Shown one piece after another: positions 23,829 to 36,689 of a stretch of 64,000 bases of DNA. The stretch spans positions 62,001-126,000 of the forward strand of contig JAHBMJ010000079.1 in assembly GCA_018398765.1 (NCBI GenBank), in the 5' to 3' direction. The translations under genes and the position numbers were made by a program. How positions within the stretch are numbered: the stretch's first letter is position 1; each line of letters opens with the position of its first letter. The notes under the pieces are model-generated. The model was given only the letters and a program-made list of their open reading frames with translations, was not told the DNA's origin and did not search any database. The DNA is from Chromera velia. Taxonomy: Eukaryota.

Positions 23829-25675
23829 GTGTGCCGTCTCTTCTTTCTTGCGTGTATTCTCGTAAATGCACGTGTTTGTCTGTGGTACTTTGAATCTGAC
23901 ACCAAGGCTTCTGTAAAATGACTTGGTTGAAAATGATTCCATCAGCAACCCTGAGGCCCTTGCTGTTTGTTGCAGAATGTTGCGAGCCCGCAACCTGCGA
24001 GAGCGCGATGCCGGAAGGGGAGTTTGGGTACAACTGCGCGGCCGCCGACCTGAACGACTACGATCCCTCAAAGAGCGCAGACCGCCAGTGCCCGGGGGGG
24101 CTCGCATCTGGATGCCAGGGGGACCTCACGGTAGGTTACGAGCCAACTTTAATTTCTTGCTATGCATTCTGCAGGTCTTAATTGTTGTTGTAAAAATATG
24201 CTCCTTGCTTTGCCCTGCTGCCTTCGACAGCTAGGGTCTGTATGATGTATTCCAATTCATGCATGCACAGACATCTCTTGCCATGCATCCATCCTGCAGG
24301 TCTGCTGTGAGCCCGCAACTTGCGCAAGTGCTCTGCCGGATGACTCATCGGGTTTCCAGTGTTTCGACTCGGGTCTGAACATCTACGACCCCACAGTGAA
24401 GGCAGGAGTCATCTGTCCCGGGGGCATGGCGGATGGCTGCCTCAACGACCTCTCCGTCTGCTGTGGAGCCGCCACCTGCGCGTCGGCCAACAGTCTGGGC
24501 CGCTCATTTGGGTGCGCCTCGGTCGGGCTGAACATCTACGACCCTAATTTCAACAGCGGAACGATCTGTCCAGGTGGAACCGTCTTGGGTGCCTCAACAA
24601 CCCTACTGTCAGTCACTCTACATGTATACATGCTGTACGCGTGAAATTAAGCTGATGATCTTCGCATGACTTCATGGGGTTGTGTGAGTTAATTATTTGC
24701 CAGACTCCGACTTTCTGTGAAAAGACGCATCGTCTATGTTTGTCATGACTAGCCATGCGCACGCATTTTTCTTGCCAGTGCCTCTCACAGGCGCCCCCTT
24801 GGAATCTAAATCTCTTTGTAGTTCGTTGTCTGTAGAAAATTCTGAAAAAAAAAAAAAACTCGCACCAACCTTATAGGTACGTGCGAATCAGATTCTATTG
24901 ACATGAATATATGTTATATATTTACGCATGTATGTGGTGCAGGTGTGCTGCTCCCCCGCCACTTGCGCGAGTGCGGCTGTGCTCGGGGGGTTTGGCTGCG
25001 GCTTAGCCCAAGATAACGAATTCAACGCGTATCAAAGCGCCAGGTATGCGTTTCTTTCTCTTTCGTTCCTTATGTGTTTTTAGAGAAAGGCTGCAAAGAG
25101 CTCGGTGAACGTTCAGAAGCTTTCGAGGTCGTTGTGACACCCGTGAGCACAGCTTGAGAAGGAGGAGGATCTTGTGCTGCATGCACGTCCGTATGTCAGA
25201 TTGAAGAGTGTAGTTGGACCTCTTTATGATGGGTGCATACATTACTCTCGTCTCTGCATATGCTGCAACATTCCCCGCTGCCGCTGCCGGAATGGCCCGA
25301 AGATCTTGAAACAACCGGTTGGTTCCATTCAATACAGTTGCTGCTGAATACTGACAGACATTCATGTTTTAATTCTCATAGCTGACGTTCTGCTACCGCT
25401 GCAGAAAGGGGGGGAAAGCATGCCCCCTCGGCCTCGCCTCCACCTGTCTGTCCGACCAGTCCGTGTGCTGCGAGGCCCCCACCTGCCAGTCGGCTGAGTT
25501 CTACAACGGAAGGACCGGCTACATGTGCGCCTCCCGGGGCCTCGGGTCTTTCAGCGGCAGCCCCGACGCACAGGGCGGGATCCCGTGTCCCTCGGGAACA
25601 CCCGACTCTTGCACCCCGAACTGGTGCTGCAGCGGGAGAGTGAACTGCAACAACAATTGTGGCATTGAAGGGTGA
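22804..25675 (+). CDS. Secreted cysteine-rich repeat protein (TC-x-C-x-C-x-C-x-CC units of ~45-50 aa); two apparent 1-nt frameshifts
   Basis: Signal peptide MTRLVCVSLALLAAPALGA. Exons are approximately 22804-23165, 23494-23577, 23977-24130, 24300-24607, 24943-25043 and 25405-25675. Units recur, e.g. CCEPATCESA...C...LNDYDP...CPGG...GC.GDLTVCC. Confidence 0.8.
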
Positions 25676-28560
25676 ACTGCAACGATTTCGGGGCCCTGCG
25701 TGATGACTAGATTTCACGTGCACCCGTCCCAGTGAAAAGAAGGGAACGCTGACTTAATTTCACATTTAGCTGCATTCCTGACGGAAGAGAACTGCATGCG
25801 CCCCATGGCTTTCACGTCCACCTGCATTCCATGAAAAGAGCACGACGCTGACTTGCTTTCAGTGTCAGTTTACGTGCACCTGAATGATCTGGAAGACCTT
25901 TCTTAAGCGACTCGGACCTCCTTGCCAGTCCTGGATTCACTGCAATTCTTACTGAATGTCTCATATTGATTTTGGGGGAATCTTGCCTGTGCAGCAACAA
26001 GAAGTCAAGTTCAGAGCCCATGCCCTACGGGCGTGGCGTTTTGGCTTGGATGCAGCCTGACTGTCCAACTCTATCACTTAGCAGCTGCTACTGAGTTGCA
26101 TGCAGATTCTTATGCAACATGGTAAACCAGCAAGACCTCTTGCATGCAAGATCTGCGTTGTGCATGGGACGTAAACAGTCCATGGCATGCAATGCCGACT
26201 AAGCTTCATTCAGGACACTAACCTTCAAAGCTTGACGGTGTGTATCGGAACATTGGGAAGAAAGAGCACGATTGATTGCATCATTGATTCAGCGCGCATG
26301 CTGAGCGATGCAGCAATAAATCTTTGTTTGCTTTTCAGATCTTTTCAGCGCCTTTTTTCCAAAACTGGCTGGCACTGAACTTGGCAGTTATTAATCGCAA
26401 AAACAGCTGCATGAAATCATCTTATACATGCAGAATATCTGAAATTCAGAAGTCTTCTTGGTTTGATTCTTATAGATATGATTTTGTCTATATGCAATAA
26501 GAAGATTATTAGAATGAAATTCATGCAATAAGTTTGCATTTAAGTTAACTTACTATTAAGGTGAACTATTTTACTACCTATTTGAATTAGTATCTAGATT
26601 AGGCAATCCGAATCATGAAGAGTCATCCAATACAAATTTGTATGCACAGGTGCTTTCCGGGGCCGCACATAGTAGAATTCCATGAGCGTATCGACCCCTC
26701 CGTCTATACATGTATTCATCTCTCAGTCAAGCTTCCACACACCTGCTTTGACCGTGAAGCCGGAACGTTTATAGATCTTTGCATGAAACAGCTCAGCAGC
26801 AGAGACCCTGCCTGTGCATAATGCAGGGTGGGCGGTGCAGATCCTGTCGAGCGGATGCAACAGGTAAGGAAAACAAGTAACAATATACGTCTGGCACACC
26901 CTTTCTGTGCTTTGTATGAATGCATTTCTACATGACAACATGCCGTCTTCTAGAGAGTGGACATCTTGAAAATTGGATACTTGATTGAAGATCCCCTATA
27001 TTTTGCAAAGATTGCCCGACAGGTTTGAGATTAAAATACGGCTGTTTTGGTTACTCTGGTAGCAAAAGCATGTGTAGAAAGAAGCAGAGGGGAGGAAGAA
27101 TGCAATGCAGATTTCACTTTTTTGCCTTCTTTTCTGTATGTGCAACCCCCTTCCTCGCAGAGCTCTCTTTTCTCTGACTGCCTGCCTGGTGACTACAAGC
27201 GGGTATGCCATTGGAGTGCTTGTACTGAAACCACCATAATAGAAAAGAATAGAGACAAAGTTTACAGCCAAGATGCCCTTCAAAAATGGGGGTCATTTTT
27301 TTTGCTAGTGCAGCTGCCATACATTTGACTCTTCATTAGTTGGATTACCTAATTATAGCATTTAATGCTCGGCCCGACCGGGTCAGTCATGATGATGATG
27401 ATGATGGAGGGTAAAGCCGGCATCATAATATTTGATGATGATAAAAAAATTAAAAAAAAAATGAAATAAATTATAAATTGGAATGCATGATACACAATTT
27501 TGTAAAATACTATAAACTATAAAAAACTTAAGGAAAAAAATGTTTTAAACCGAATACTGAGTAAAGTCGTCAAGCAAAGCTACAGTTTAATGGTTAAATT
27601 CTCTTTTAAAACATTGATTTTCTCTAGGATTTTCTATTTACATCCTAGTTCACACCTTTAAAAAAAATAGGTCTAAGTACCCTCAGCAGGATAATCATAT
27701 GTATATTTTTGGATCGTGTACATACAGCATTTCAAATTGCGTAAACACATGCAGTAACAAGCCATAACACATAATAATTAAGGCCATCAGACAGTCTCAC
27801 TTTCTGAATGGACGCATGAAACCCTGGAAGAAACCCTAATGCGTTCGACAGCACCACAGGGCACCACACGGGACCGCGCACATGAAAGAACTTTGAACGG
27901 TCCAGATCGAAACTCTGCCCGGAGTTCACAGATGCATATTTACGTATTCGTCACGATCTCAGTCTCCCTTCCTTCCACACGGTTGTCAGAAGAAAAAAAA
28001 CAGTCAACTGAGAGACAACACATATGCATGCACAATTCCATTCACCACCGACACATGCACCCCAATCAATTCTATCCGACCCTTCGAAGTTCCAACCTCT
28101 CGATCCCCATCTAAATTCTTTCTATATTTACAAATCTTCTGACACGACAAAGAGAGACCACGCATGCACCCCACACAGGCGCACATGCAGCCACTCTTCA
28201 GGTCTCTGCAAGAGCGAGCGAGCGACAGGGAGAGGGAAACAACGAACGACCCGCCCTCAGACCCCCCTCCCTAGCTACAACACGACATGTATCGATCGAG
28301 GTGCAAGCGCGCATCACTGCATGCATGCATGCGTGTCCATACATACATACATACATACATTCAATTCACCAGTCGGAGCTGTACCCCCCATCGGCCCTCA
28401 CGACCCCTCGGTTGTTCATTCAAATCACGTGCACTTAAATGATTGCAGCACTCCCTGGCAGTGACTGCATCTCCCTCATGCAGTGAGCAGTCAGTCTGTC
28501 GACTCCGCATGGCATTTATCTCGAGGCTAGACTCGACGACGGGCTTCGTTCCTCTCTCTT

Positions 28561-29222
28561 TCACTTCTTGCTCAGGGCATCTGCAGCCCAGTCAAGCCCC
28601 TCGTAGAGCCCGTCTCCAGTGGTCGCACATGTCGCCTGAACGTGCCAGAGACGGTTTTTCAGAGACGGGAGACCGAGCTTCTCTGCCACCTCCCCTGCTG
28701 ACATGGCGTTCGGCAGGTCCTGTTTGTTGGCGTACACCAGAAGGCGGGCATCCTGAAGTTCGGGTGCGTTGAGGACCTCCTCCAGCTCATCTGCAACCTC
28801 CTGAATGCGGTCCCGGTCGGCAGCGTCCACCAAGAAGATCACAAGGTTCGATCCGTTGTAGTAGTGGTGCCAGAGACGGCGAAGGATCTTCTGTCCACCG
28901 ATATCCCACACAGTCAGAACAAGATTCCTGTGGGTCACTTCCTCAACGTTAAAGCCTGCAAGACATAGCAAGAGAGCAAGGATATATGTAGAGGGTACAT
29001 GAGCAGTGGAGGGGCGCGGTGGGTGAAGGGTCGACGGGCTGCAGAGCCAGGGGCGAGAGTGCATGCCTGACCAACGGTGGGAATCGTGTTCACGATCTCT
29101 CCGATCTTCAAATTGTACAGCACAGTGGTCTTCCCTGCCGCATCGAGACCAATCATCACTGCTCTCACAGGCTTGCCGCCTCCCCAGACGAGCTGGGCGA
29201 AACGAGAAACAAAGAGACCCAT
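28561..29222 (-). CDS. ARF: ADP-ribosylation factor (ARF-family small GTPase), 181 aa, 2 exons
   Basis: Exon 1 29222-29072 (MG myristoylation start, [14 protein letters not shown]). Intron 29071-28956 is GT..AG. Exon 2 28955-28561 (GFNVE, WDIGGQ, NKQD, TCAT). Total 546 nt. Confidence 0.95.
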
Positions 29223-29937
29223 TGCGATGGACGAATATATTAATACAGGAGAACTGAGGATTGACGACAAAGAAGAACAACTGTTGTTTGATCAGACAGA
29301 TCAGCGAAAACCTTAGGGCCTCTGAGGAACTCTGGATATCAGGGAAATCGAAAGCTGATTCACTTGAGGTGTTTGATGGATTGACAGAGGTGGGGGGAGG
29401 TTAAGCAGCCTGTGATCCGGCGTGTTTGTGTTGTGTTCATTTAATTTGATGCACTCCGTTTCGATCATTAATTAATTGCATGTACAGAATTAAGATGCAT
29501 GCATATGCATGGGCATGCACTGAATTAATCCTGCGTCACCCCCCAGCCGAATAATCGGTTCCCAATCCTTCCAACATCAGATCGACGCGAGCGCTGCGTA
29601 CGTGGCCCCGGCCCGCCGATTGCACAAGCGACATGCCGAGGCCACAATATATGAATATAGGGTCGGTCTCATGGTATTATTAGAGGGCAAGCTGAATCCG
29701 TCACGCACGAACTCTCAGTGCGGTCTTTCAGTAAGATTTTGATTTCGAGGCAGAAACAGTGGCAGTATCAGAGTGCGGCCTGACAGTGCGAGGTTCAGTG
29801 GTTGTTTGGTTGTCTAGCTGTTTAGTTGAGTCCCGACCAAGCGGGTGGATCGATCGCCTTTTTCTTGGGGGAGAACAGTTCTTTACGTCTCCTTTTTCCA
29901 GAGCTGAAGCTGAGTATCCACTTTTGAAGAAAACAGG

Positions 29938-32900
29938 ATGTCGAAAGCGGTGGACGACTTTGAACTGATGATGCAGAGGCATATAAAGGGGACGGAGTGG
30001 GCGTGTGATTCTGTTGACTACAAGAACCTCTCTGAGTTTCTTGACGGGGTCAATAGAGGGATGCACAAAGGAGACGGAGACGCTGAAGAGGATGTGGAAG
30101 ACGGGTCTGGGCGCATGACGACGATGCAGACTGACAAAAGCACTTGGGGGGGGAGTGAGAACAGTGCTCGATACATGTTGTCAGAGACGGAGGCCGGGCT
30201 CCCCCCCCTGGCCCGTTTCGACCGACTTGCCTGTCTAGAACTGGATAAGGTCAACGAGGGGTTCAGAAGACTCTCAGGAGCTATCTCTGCGCACCTGACT
30301 CAGCTGGAGGATCTGGTGGACAAGAACGTCGAGAAGATGAATGACAGGACAAGAAAGGATCCTGTGCTGCTGGAAAGCTGGAAGTGAGTGCGCGACCTGA
30401 TGAAAGACTGTCTGTCCCATTTCATTCCTCATCAAACTTTGCATAAGGCCCTTCCTTTCTTCCCGTCTTCCGGCTCTGTTGTCTTTCTTGCCGGATCCCC
30501 CCTTGGCTCTGCCACTTCCTGCCATCAGAGTGCAACCTAGATGGATAGGTGGGCTGTCTACTCGCAAATTGAAGATCTGCCTGCGCAAGTAAAGCTGTTC
30601 CTTGATCCTGGATATGTGCGTCTTCGATTTTCCCGCCTTCGATCCCCCCCCCTTCCCTATCTACGTGCATGCATGCAGGAACACTAGCGACGCGCTTGAA
30701 CTGGAGCTGTTCAAGATTCTTCTGAGGGTGGAGTCTCTCATGCAGTTCTCTCAGGTCCAATGGATGGCGTTCTTCAGACTGTTCAGAATGAGAAGCGAGT
30801 GCCTCCTCACCTCAGGCAAAGTGGATGCTGAAGGTCAGTCGGTCGGTCGGCAAGGCTTTCTTCCTTCCAGAAAATGAGAAGAGTAGACAGGGGGGCTGGG
30901 TTCAAGAGTGTCCGGACGGACCGCATGGCTTCGTTGGCGTGCTGTTTTCCCCAGAGACTGAACTTTGTCCTCCTCCCTCATGAACTTCCCAGTCTCTCTT
31001 TCTCTTTTGTTCTGTGCCCTCTCCCCTCCTGCAGAGGAAATGTCCCCCCGTTCCGCACAGAGAGTACTTGTGCTGTCTCTTTCGTCTGTGAATCACGGCT
31101 CCTTTCTGAGCCAACGTCTGTCCCTGCCTACCTGTAAAAAAAAAAGGCGAGGCATAGCTGGCCTTTCCTTTTTCTTTTCCTTTTCTGCCTCGTGCCTCTC
31201 GGCATGGTTGGAGCTGAATGGATGTCTGCGAGTCAATTGTTGTTCTTCTCTCCTCTTCGCTGTCTTCTCTCTTCTCCTCTCTTGCTACATTCACTCAGGG
31301 GCCGACGACGCGGTCGAGTGCCTGGTTGCGATGCTGCTGAAGGAACAGTTCATGAAGAATAAACCGATCGAGGACCTGCAGAGGGGCCTCATGAGGGTCT
31401 ACTACAAGAATGAGAAGAAGAACGTAAAGGGGGCAGAAGAAGAGGGAGAGGAAGAGCACCTGAGAAAGGGGGAGAACCTCAGAGAGTTCGGGATTGTGGC
31501 TGCTGCCCTGCGCAACTCATCCGCGGGCCGGAGCAAGTACTACTCTGACCACTTGTTTGACAGGTGCACTGCTTTCCTGTTGGGCCTAGTCATCGTGCTT
31601 TTCGGCATCATGGTCAGACAGTGGGCCGAGGTGGTCCAGACGAACAGGGAGGGGGAGTGGACCTCGATTTTGGTGCGACACCAACATTCGGTGTTTCGTT
31701 TCTGGTTCCTCGTTATCCTCTTCCAGCTTTGTGTGGGATGGGCTTTCTGGTTCATGCGGAAACACAAAGTGAACTTCCGATTTCTTCTTCACATTCCCAA
31801 CAGAGTAAGAGAGGGGTTGGTGATCAACGTAGCCCTTGTGCAGCTGGTGGTTGCAATGACAACGTACATCATCTACCACAGCGATGTGTTCGGACAGGTC
31901 AGATAGTGGTCAACCAACTGTGGCGTGCTTCATGTTCCCTGTGCGTTTCTCTGGACCTGTCTCTCCGTTCTTCCGTTTTTCTCTGTTGAGAAAACAACAG
32001 CCACATGGTTTGCAGCTTCTGTATCTGTCTGTTTGTTTCTTCGCATCCCGTTCTGCATGAGGTGAAGAAGAGGATGCACGAATACGGGTGGATGTAATGC
32101 AATGCTCAACAGACTTCACTGTGTCATGTCCTGCTGAACTGCCCAAGGGGATCAGGTGTGCGAGAGAGAGCATCATCCAAGGTAAGAAGGAAAGAAAAAA
32201 AACGTCGTACCTCTTTTTTGAATCCAGATGGCCGACCTTCATTAATCCAGGTGGCTGACCTTAATTGAAAGCCACTTTGAACCCACCATGCTTTTTTGCC
32301 CTAGAACTCTGACAGTTGACTGATGTTTTATCTTCTTCTCCCTGCAGGACAGAAAAGAGATGCCGAAGCATGCCCACTGGTACCCTGCCGGGCTTACCGT
32401 CGGTCTGCTGGTTGTCCTCCTTATCTGCGGCTTGCGCACGACTCGCAGATTCTTCATGGTGGTCCTGCTGGTACTCGCGGACGGTTTTGGAGCAGGAATC
32501 TGGGCACGGTCGGTCGACTGCATTTACTTTCATACAGAATTCTTTTTCAGGTTTTCACGCAGGGATCTGGGCACGGTCGGTCGACTTGACTGACGGCTTA
32601 CATGAGTGAACTCACAGCGCATCGTGGCTGACTGGCTGCCTGCCTGCCTGCCTGCCAACGTACCTCGTGTCTGCGGTACAAATAGAAAGACGCCTCCTGG
32701 AAGTCCTCTTGTTCTTCTTTTGTTCGCACTTTCTTCGCCAAAATCTAGACAACTTCTTTTCTTCATGTCGATGGTCTCTCAATCATCTCACAGCCCTTTC
32801 TTTTCTTTTCCTTCTTTCCTTCTGTCTGTCCTCCTGTGTGGCTGGAAACAAGAAAGGAAAAGAAAAAAAAACATTTGGCCAGTCAGTCATTCTTTCAGTC

Positions 32901-35900
32901 TGTCTGTCTGTCTGCCTGCCTATGTCTGTCTTGGCATTGCGTGTCACATTCCTGCCTACGCCTGTGCACAGATTGGAAAACTGACTGATCCATCCATCTA
33001 ATCTCGGTGGCTCCACCTGATTGAACTGATTGAATTCACCTACCTGACCCTGCCTGCCTGCAGCCCCGTCTCCTTTGCGGACGGACTGATCGGAGACGTT
33101 TTCACCTCCATGGTGGTTCCTGTCCAGGACCTCATCAGGAGCATCTCGTACTTCGTCATCCTGGCATCGGGCACAACTCCCAACAATACCACCCTCCATG
33201 TCAGTAGGTGAGGGGACTGCAGAGTCTGTGTGTGGGAGGGACCGGTTTTTGTCTGGGCGGGCAGAGTGGAATCAAGGGAGACGACATTCTAGGAAGGGAA
33301 GGAGACGGTGCAGGTCCACGTGGAAGAGAACAAAAGAAATTCGTACGTATGTGCGTGTGCTCGTTTTTATTGCTCAGTCGAGAAGGAGAATGCATCTCTT
33401 TTCTTTTGGCAAATGAAGCCCTCTGTCCTGTCTGACTTCTACATCCACATCGCTTTTGGGATTGTCTCTAGCCCAGTCTCTCTTTCTTAAATTCTTCTGA
33501 CTGACAGATTCACTCTGCTCTTCAACCTCTGTCTTCGCCTCTGCGTCTCACTGTGTGTCCGTTTCCCCCGTCTGGATTTTCTTTCCTTGCAGTCCGGTTG
33601 CGCCTCTGAAACCATGGGGCACCGAACGCTCTTCGGGCTGTTGTTCGTCGCCGGTTTCTGGCCCTTGTGGGTCCGTCTGATGCAGAACGTGGCGAGAGTC
33701 GTCAGCTTCCACAATCCCTTCCCGTCTGGCTACAGCTTCCCCAAGTTGCTCCGGCAGGCTCCTGTTGGCTGCATGAAGAAACAGACAGAGACAGAGAGAG
33801 AGTCTGACCACCAGCAGCAAAAGGAGCAACCCACCGAAACCCTCAAAAAGCGCAAGACGACCGTCCAAGAGGAGCGGGCCAACACGAAGATGGCATTCAA
33901 CCGAAGTGGCACGGCAGAAAGTCTCTTCCCCGCCTTCCTGTCACAAAACGCCAACCAACGCCGCCCGAGTCTCTCCAGCAGCATCTCTGACCTGAGTGCC
34001 TCTGGGAGGACAAAGGTGGACACTGAAGACGCAGGGGAAAGAGAAGAGGAGACTCAGCAGACTGACAAAGATACACTGCGGAGCGTCTACCGACAAGCCA
34101 CTCTGGATGGTTCAGGCACTGGAGGCCTCAGTGCTCGGCAGAGTGTGGCGATTTGGGCCGAGACGGACAGGCAGCTTCAGAAGCGCCGGAGTGTTCTGGG
34201 CGTCCCCCAGGACCTTCCCTCTTCCACGACGCCTCCTTCGTCTCTTGGAGGCAGACAGCAGACGCTGAAGCAGAAGTCGAGGTCAGCAGCATCCAGGGCG
34301 CATGCGGAGACAGAAATAAGCGTGCGGGCGGACGGATGGAGGGAAAGATGCGGTCAAAGAAAGGCAGATAAAAGACAGGGTGTGTGACAAAGCACGCATG
34401 CTTGTTTCTACGTTTTCATACTGTCAGAATACTGTGTTTTCAATTTGACGCTCCAATTCAAGGCTGCGTCGATGGAAGAATCTTCAATCAATCAATCAAG
34501 CGGGTCTCTCGAGGGTCTTTCTTATTTTGAGCTCGATTGAGAAACTGACGAATCTCCAGCTGAGAGAACAAATTAACCTGACTGTCTGCTCAACAGAGAG
34601 ATGTGGTTTCCTAATTTGGTCCCTTTATCTCCCTCTTTTTCTGACTCATGATGACCCTCTGACTGCAGACCGAAGACTTGCGGAGACCTCTCGCTCCCCT
34701 GGCGTCTCTGGTTGAATGCCCTCAAGTACACTTTCTCTATCATTCCGGGACTTCTGACGGCAACCCATGCGTGCGGGTGGGTCGGTTGGTTGACTCTTGC
34801 TCTCGTATGCGCCCTACTCTCTATGCTTTCGTTCACTCTCTCTCACACATACACTCTGTACCTGTCGGTGGGTGCGCGTGTGAGTGTGTGCGTGTATTTC
34901 TATCTCCTCCTCGCTCTCTCATGCAGCCTTCGAAAAGGATTTTTTGTGTGTTCGTTTGTTCCTATCTCGTTCCAAATCTCAGCGTTTATTTCTTCATTGT
35001 GCAGGAGTCTGATGTTTCTGAAGACGCTCTTTTTGCTTCCTCTCACCTCACAGTTTTTTTCTTTCCTTTCTCTCCATTCCTTCAGGCTGAATTCCGGCGA
35101 CTGGATCTCGCAGTCAGTCTTCCGTGTCCTTGCCACTGCCTACTCCATGACATGGGACTACACAGAAGACTGGCGCATTGTCGGATTGGCCTTCAACAAA
35201 TACCCAAGAGACCTCCTCTATCCGAGGGCGTACTACATCTTCGCAGTGATCTTCAACTTCTTCGGCAGACTCACGTGGACCTATTCCATGACTGGCCGCA
35301 TCAGCGGAGTGGAGCTTCCTTTCCTGGTCAGGCAGGCAGGCAGGCAGTCAGGGTCGATTCGTGAAACTTTCTTTGCGTATGTCCAGCGAGATCACAAGAA
35401 GTTGTTGGGGGGTTGGTTCATTTGGGCTGGAACGAAACAGACACTGCCTGCCTTCGCAGTCCATTCGCCACATATTTCGTAGAGGGGAATTACGGAGACG
35501 GCTTCGCAAGCTGTCCCCCAGGGTTCTCAATTCCCTGCGAAACGTTTCAATCTGAGTTCTTCTGACTGCTTCTCTGCCTGTCTGTGCTCTTTTCCCGAAA
35601 GGAAAAAAGAAAGAAAAAGAAAAAAAGAAGCCCCATGGCCTGTCTCTCTGTCTACTGCTCGCAGTGCGTAAATGTGCGCATGCAAACCTACGGACAAATG
35701 AAAGCGTCATTACAGAGTCTTTCCAGTGAAAGTGTTTGTTGACAAAAAAAGCCGCCGCATGCATTTCCCTCCTTCCTTGCTTGCCTCTCTCTCTCTCAGG
35801 GTAGGGACAGGAGGGTGATTGACTACGTGGTAACGGTGTCAGCAGTGATGGAGATCTTCAGAAGAGCGATCTGGATGACCATCCGCATCGAGCAGGAGCA

Positions 35901-36689
35901 CATCACCAACTCTGGACAGTACAGGTCGGTCGGTCAGAGGGTCAGAGCGAAAAGAGAAAAGCAAAAACAGAATCAAGAAAGCAAGAAAGAACGCTTGAAA
36001 TGGACGGGAAATCGAAACAAGCCTTTGGAAGGGTTCTTTCCTGTCTTCTCTGCTTGGTGTGCTCAAACTGAATCTGTCGCTGGAACGGCCAGCTGCAGCA
36101 GCAGTTTCAAGAAAGAAGGGAGGAAAGAAAGAAAGAAAGAAAGAGGCTTCAGGGGAATGAAGTCAAACCCCTTCCTTGATACGACATGAATCGGGTTGTT
36201 GGATGTGGAGATGTCGCACAGGAAGCGTGATCTTTTGTTTTGTCAGTTTTGCAAGTCTTATGAACGTTTTTCCGTTTTCTTTCGCTGACTGTTTCTTTTG
36301 TGAAAACGCGTGCTTGCAGGGGTCTTCTGTTTGTTCCCGACTGCCCCCACGAGGAGCATGAGAAGCCGGAGAACAAACTGGGGTCCCTCCTCTTCGCTTC
36401 GGGTAGCAGCAGGTCCTCCGGAGTGGGCCCCAACTCCTTTGCCGCCAACAGAGGCGAGATGGAGACGCAGAAAGAAACAACCAGACATCTCCCTGCCATC
36501 TCGGAGGAGGAGCAAGAGACGGCAGGACAGCCTGAGGAGGATGTGGGGGGTTTGAACTTGACTGGTGAGACGGAGGAGAGGGGAGACGGGGACAGCCAGC
36601 CTGAGGATGCTGGCGGGATGGGCAACGGAACTCAACTTCGTGACGTTTTGGAAAGCATTCCTGCTATTCCTTCGTCCAGTGTGGTGTGA
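29938..36689 (+). CDS. SPX-EXS domain protein (XPR1/PHO1/SYG1-like phosphate exporter), multi-exon
   Basis: SPX-like start (EW...VDYKNL). TM region with HKVNFRFLL (~31790). EXS motifs PVSFADGLIGDVFTSMV (~33065), WVRLMQ (~33670), LNALKY (~34715), YSMTWDYTEDW and RLTW (35140-35280), and EIFRRAIWMTIRIEQEHITNSGQYR (~35850-35925). Last exon 36320-36689. Confidence 0.9.

Noticed and set aside
25800..27330. Short exon-like AG..GT segments, e.g. 26650-26710 and 26827-26863
   Set aside because: They could not be joined into a coherent or recognisable protein.
27361..27730. AT-rich island with a GC-rich left edge, possibly a DNA transposon
   Set aside because: No convincing matching TIR or TSD was found.
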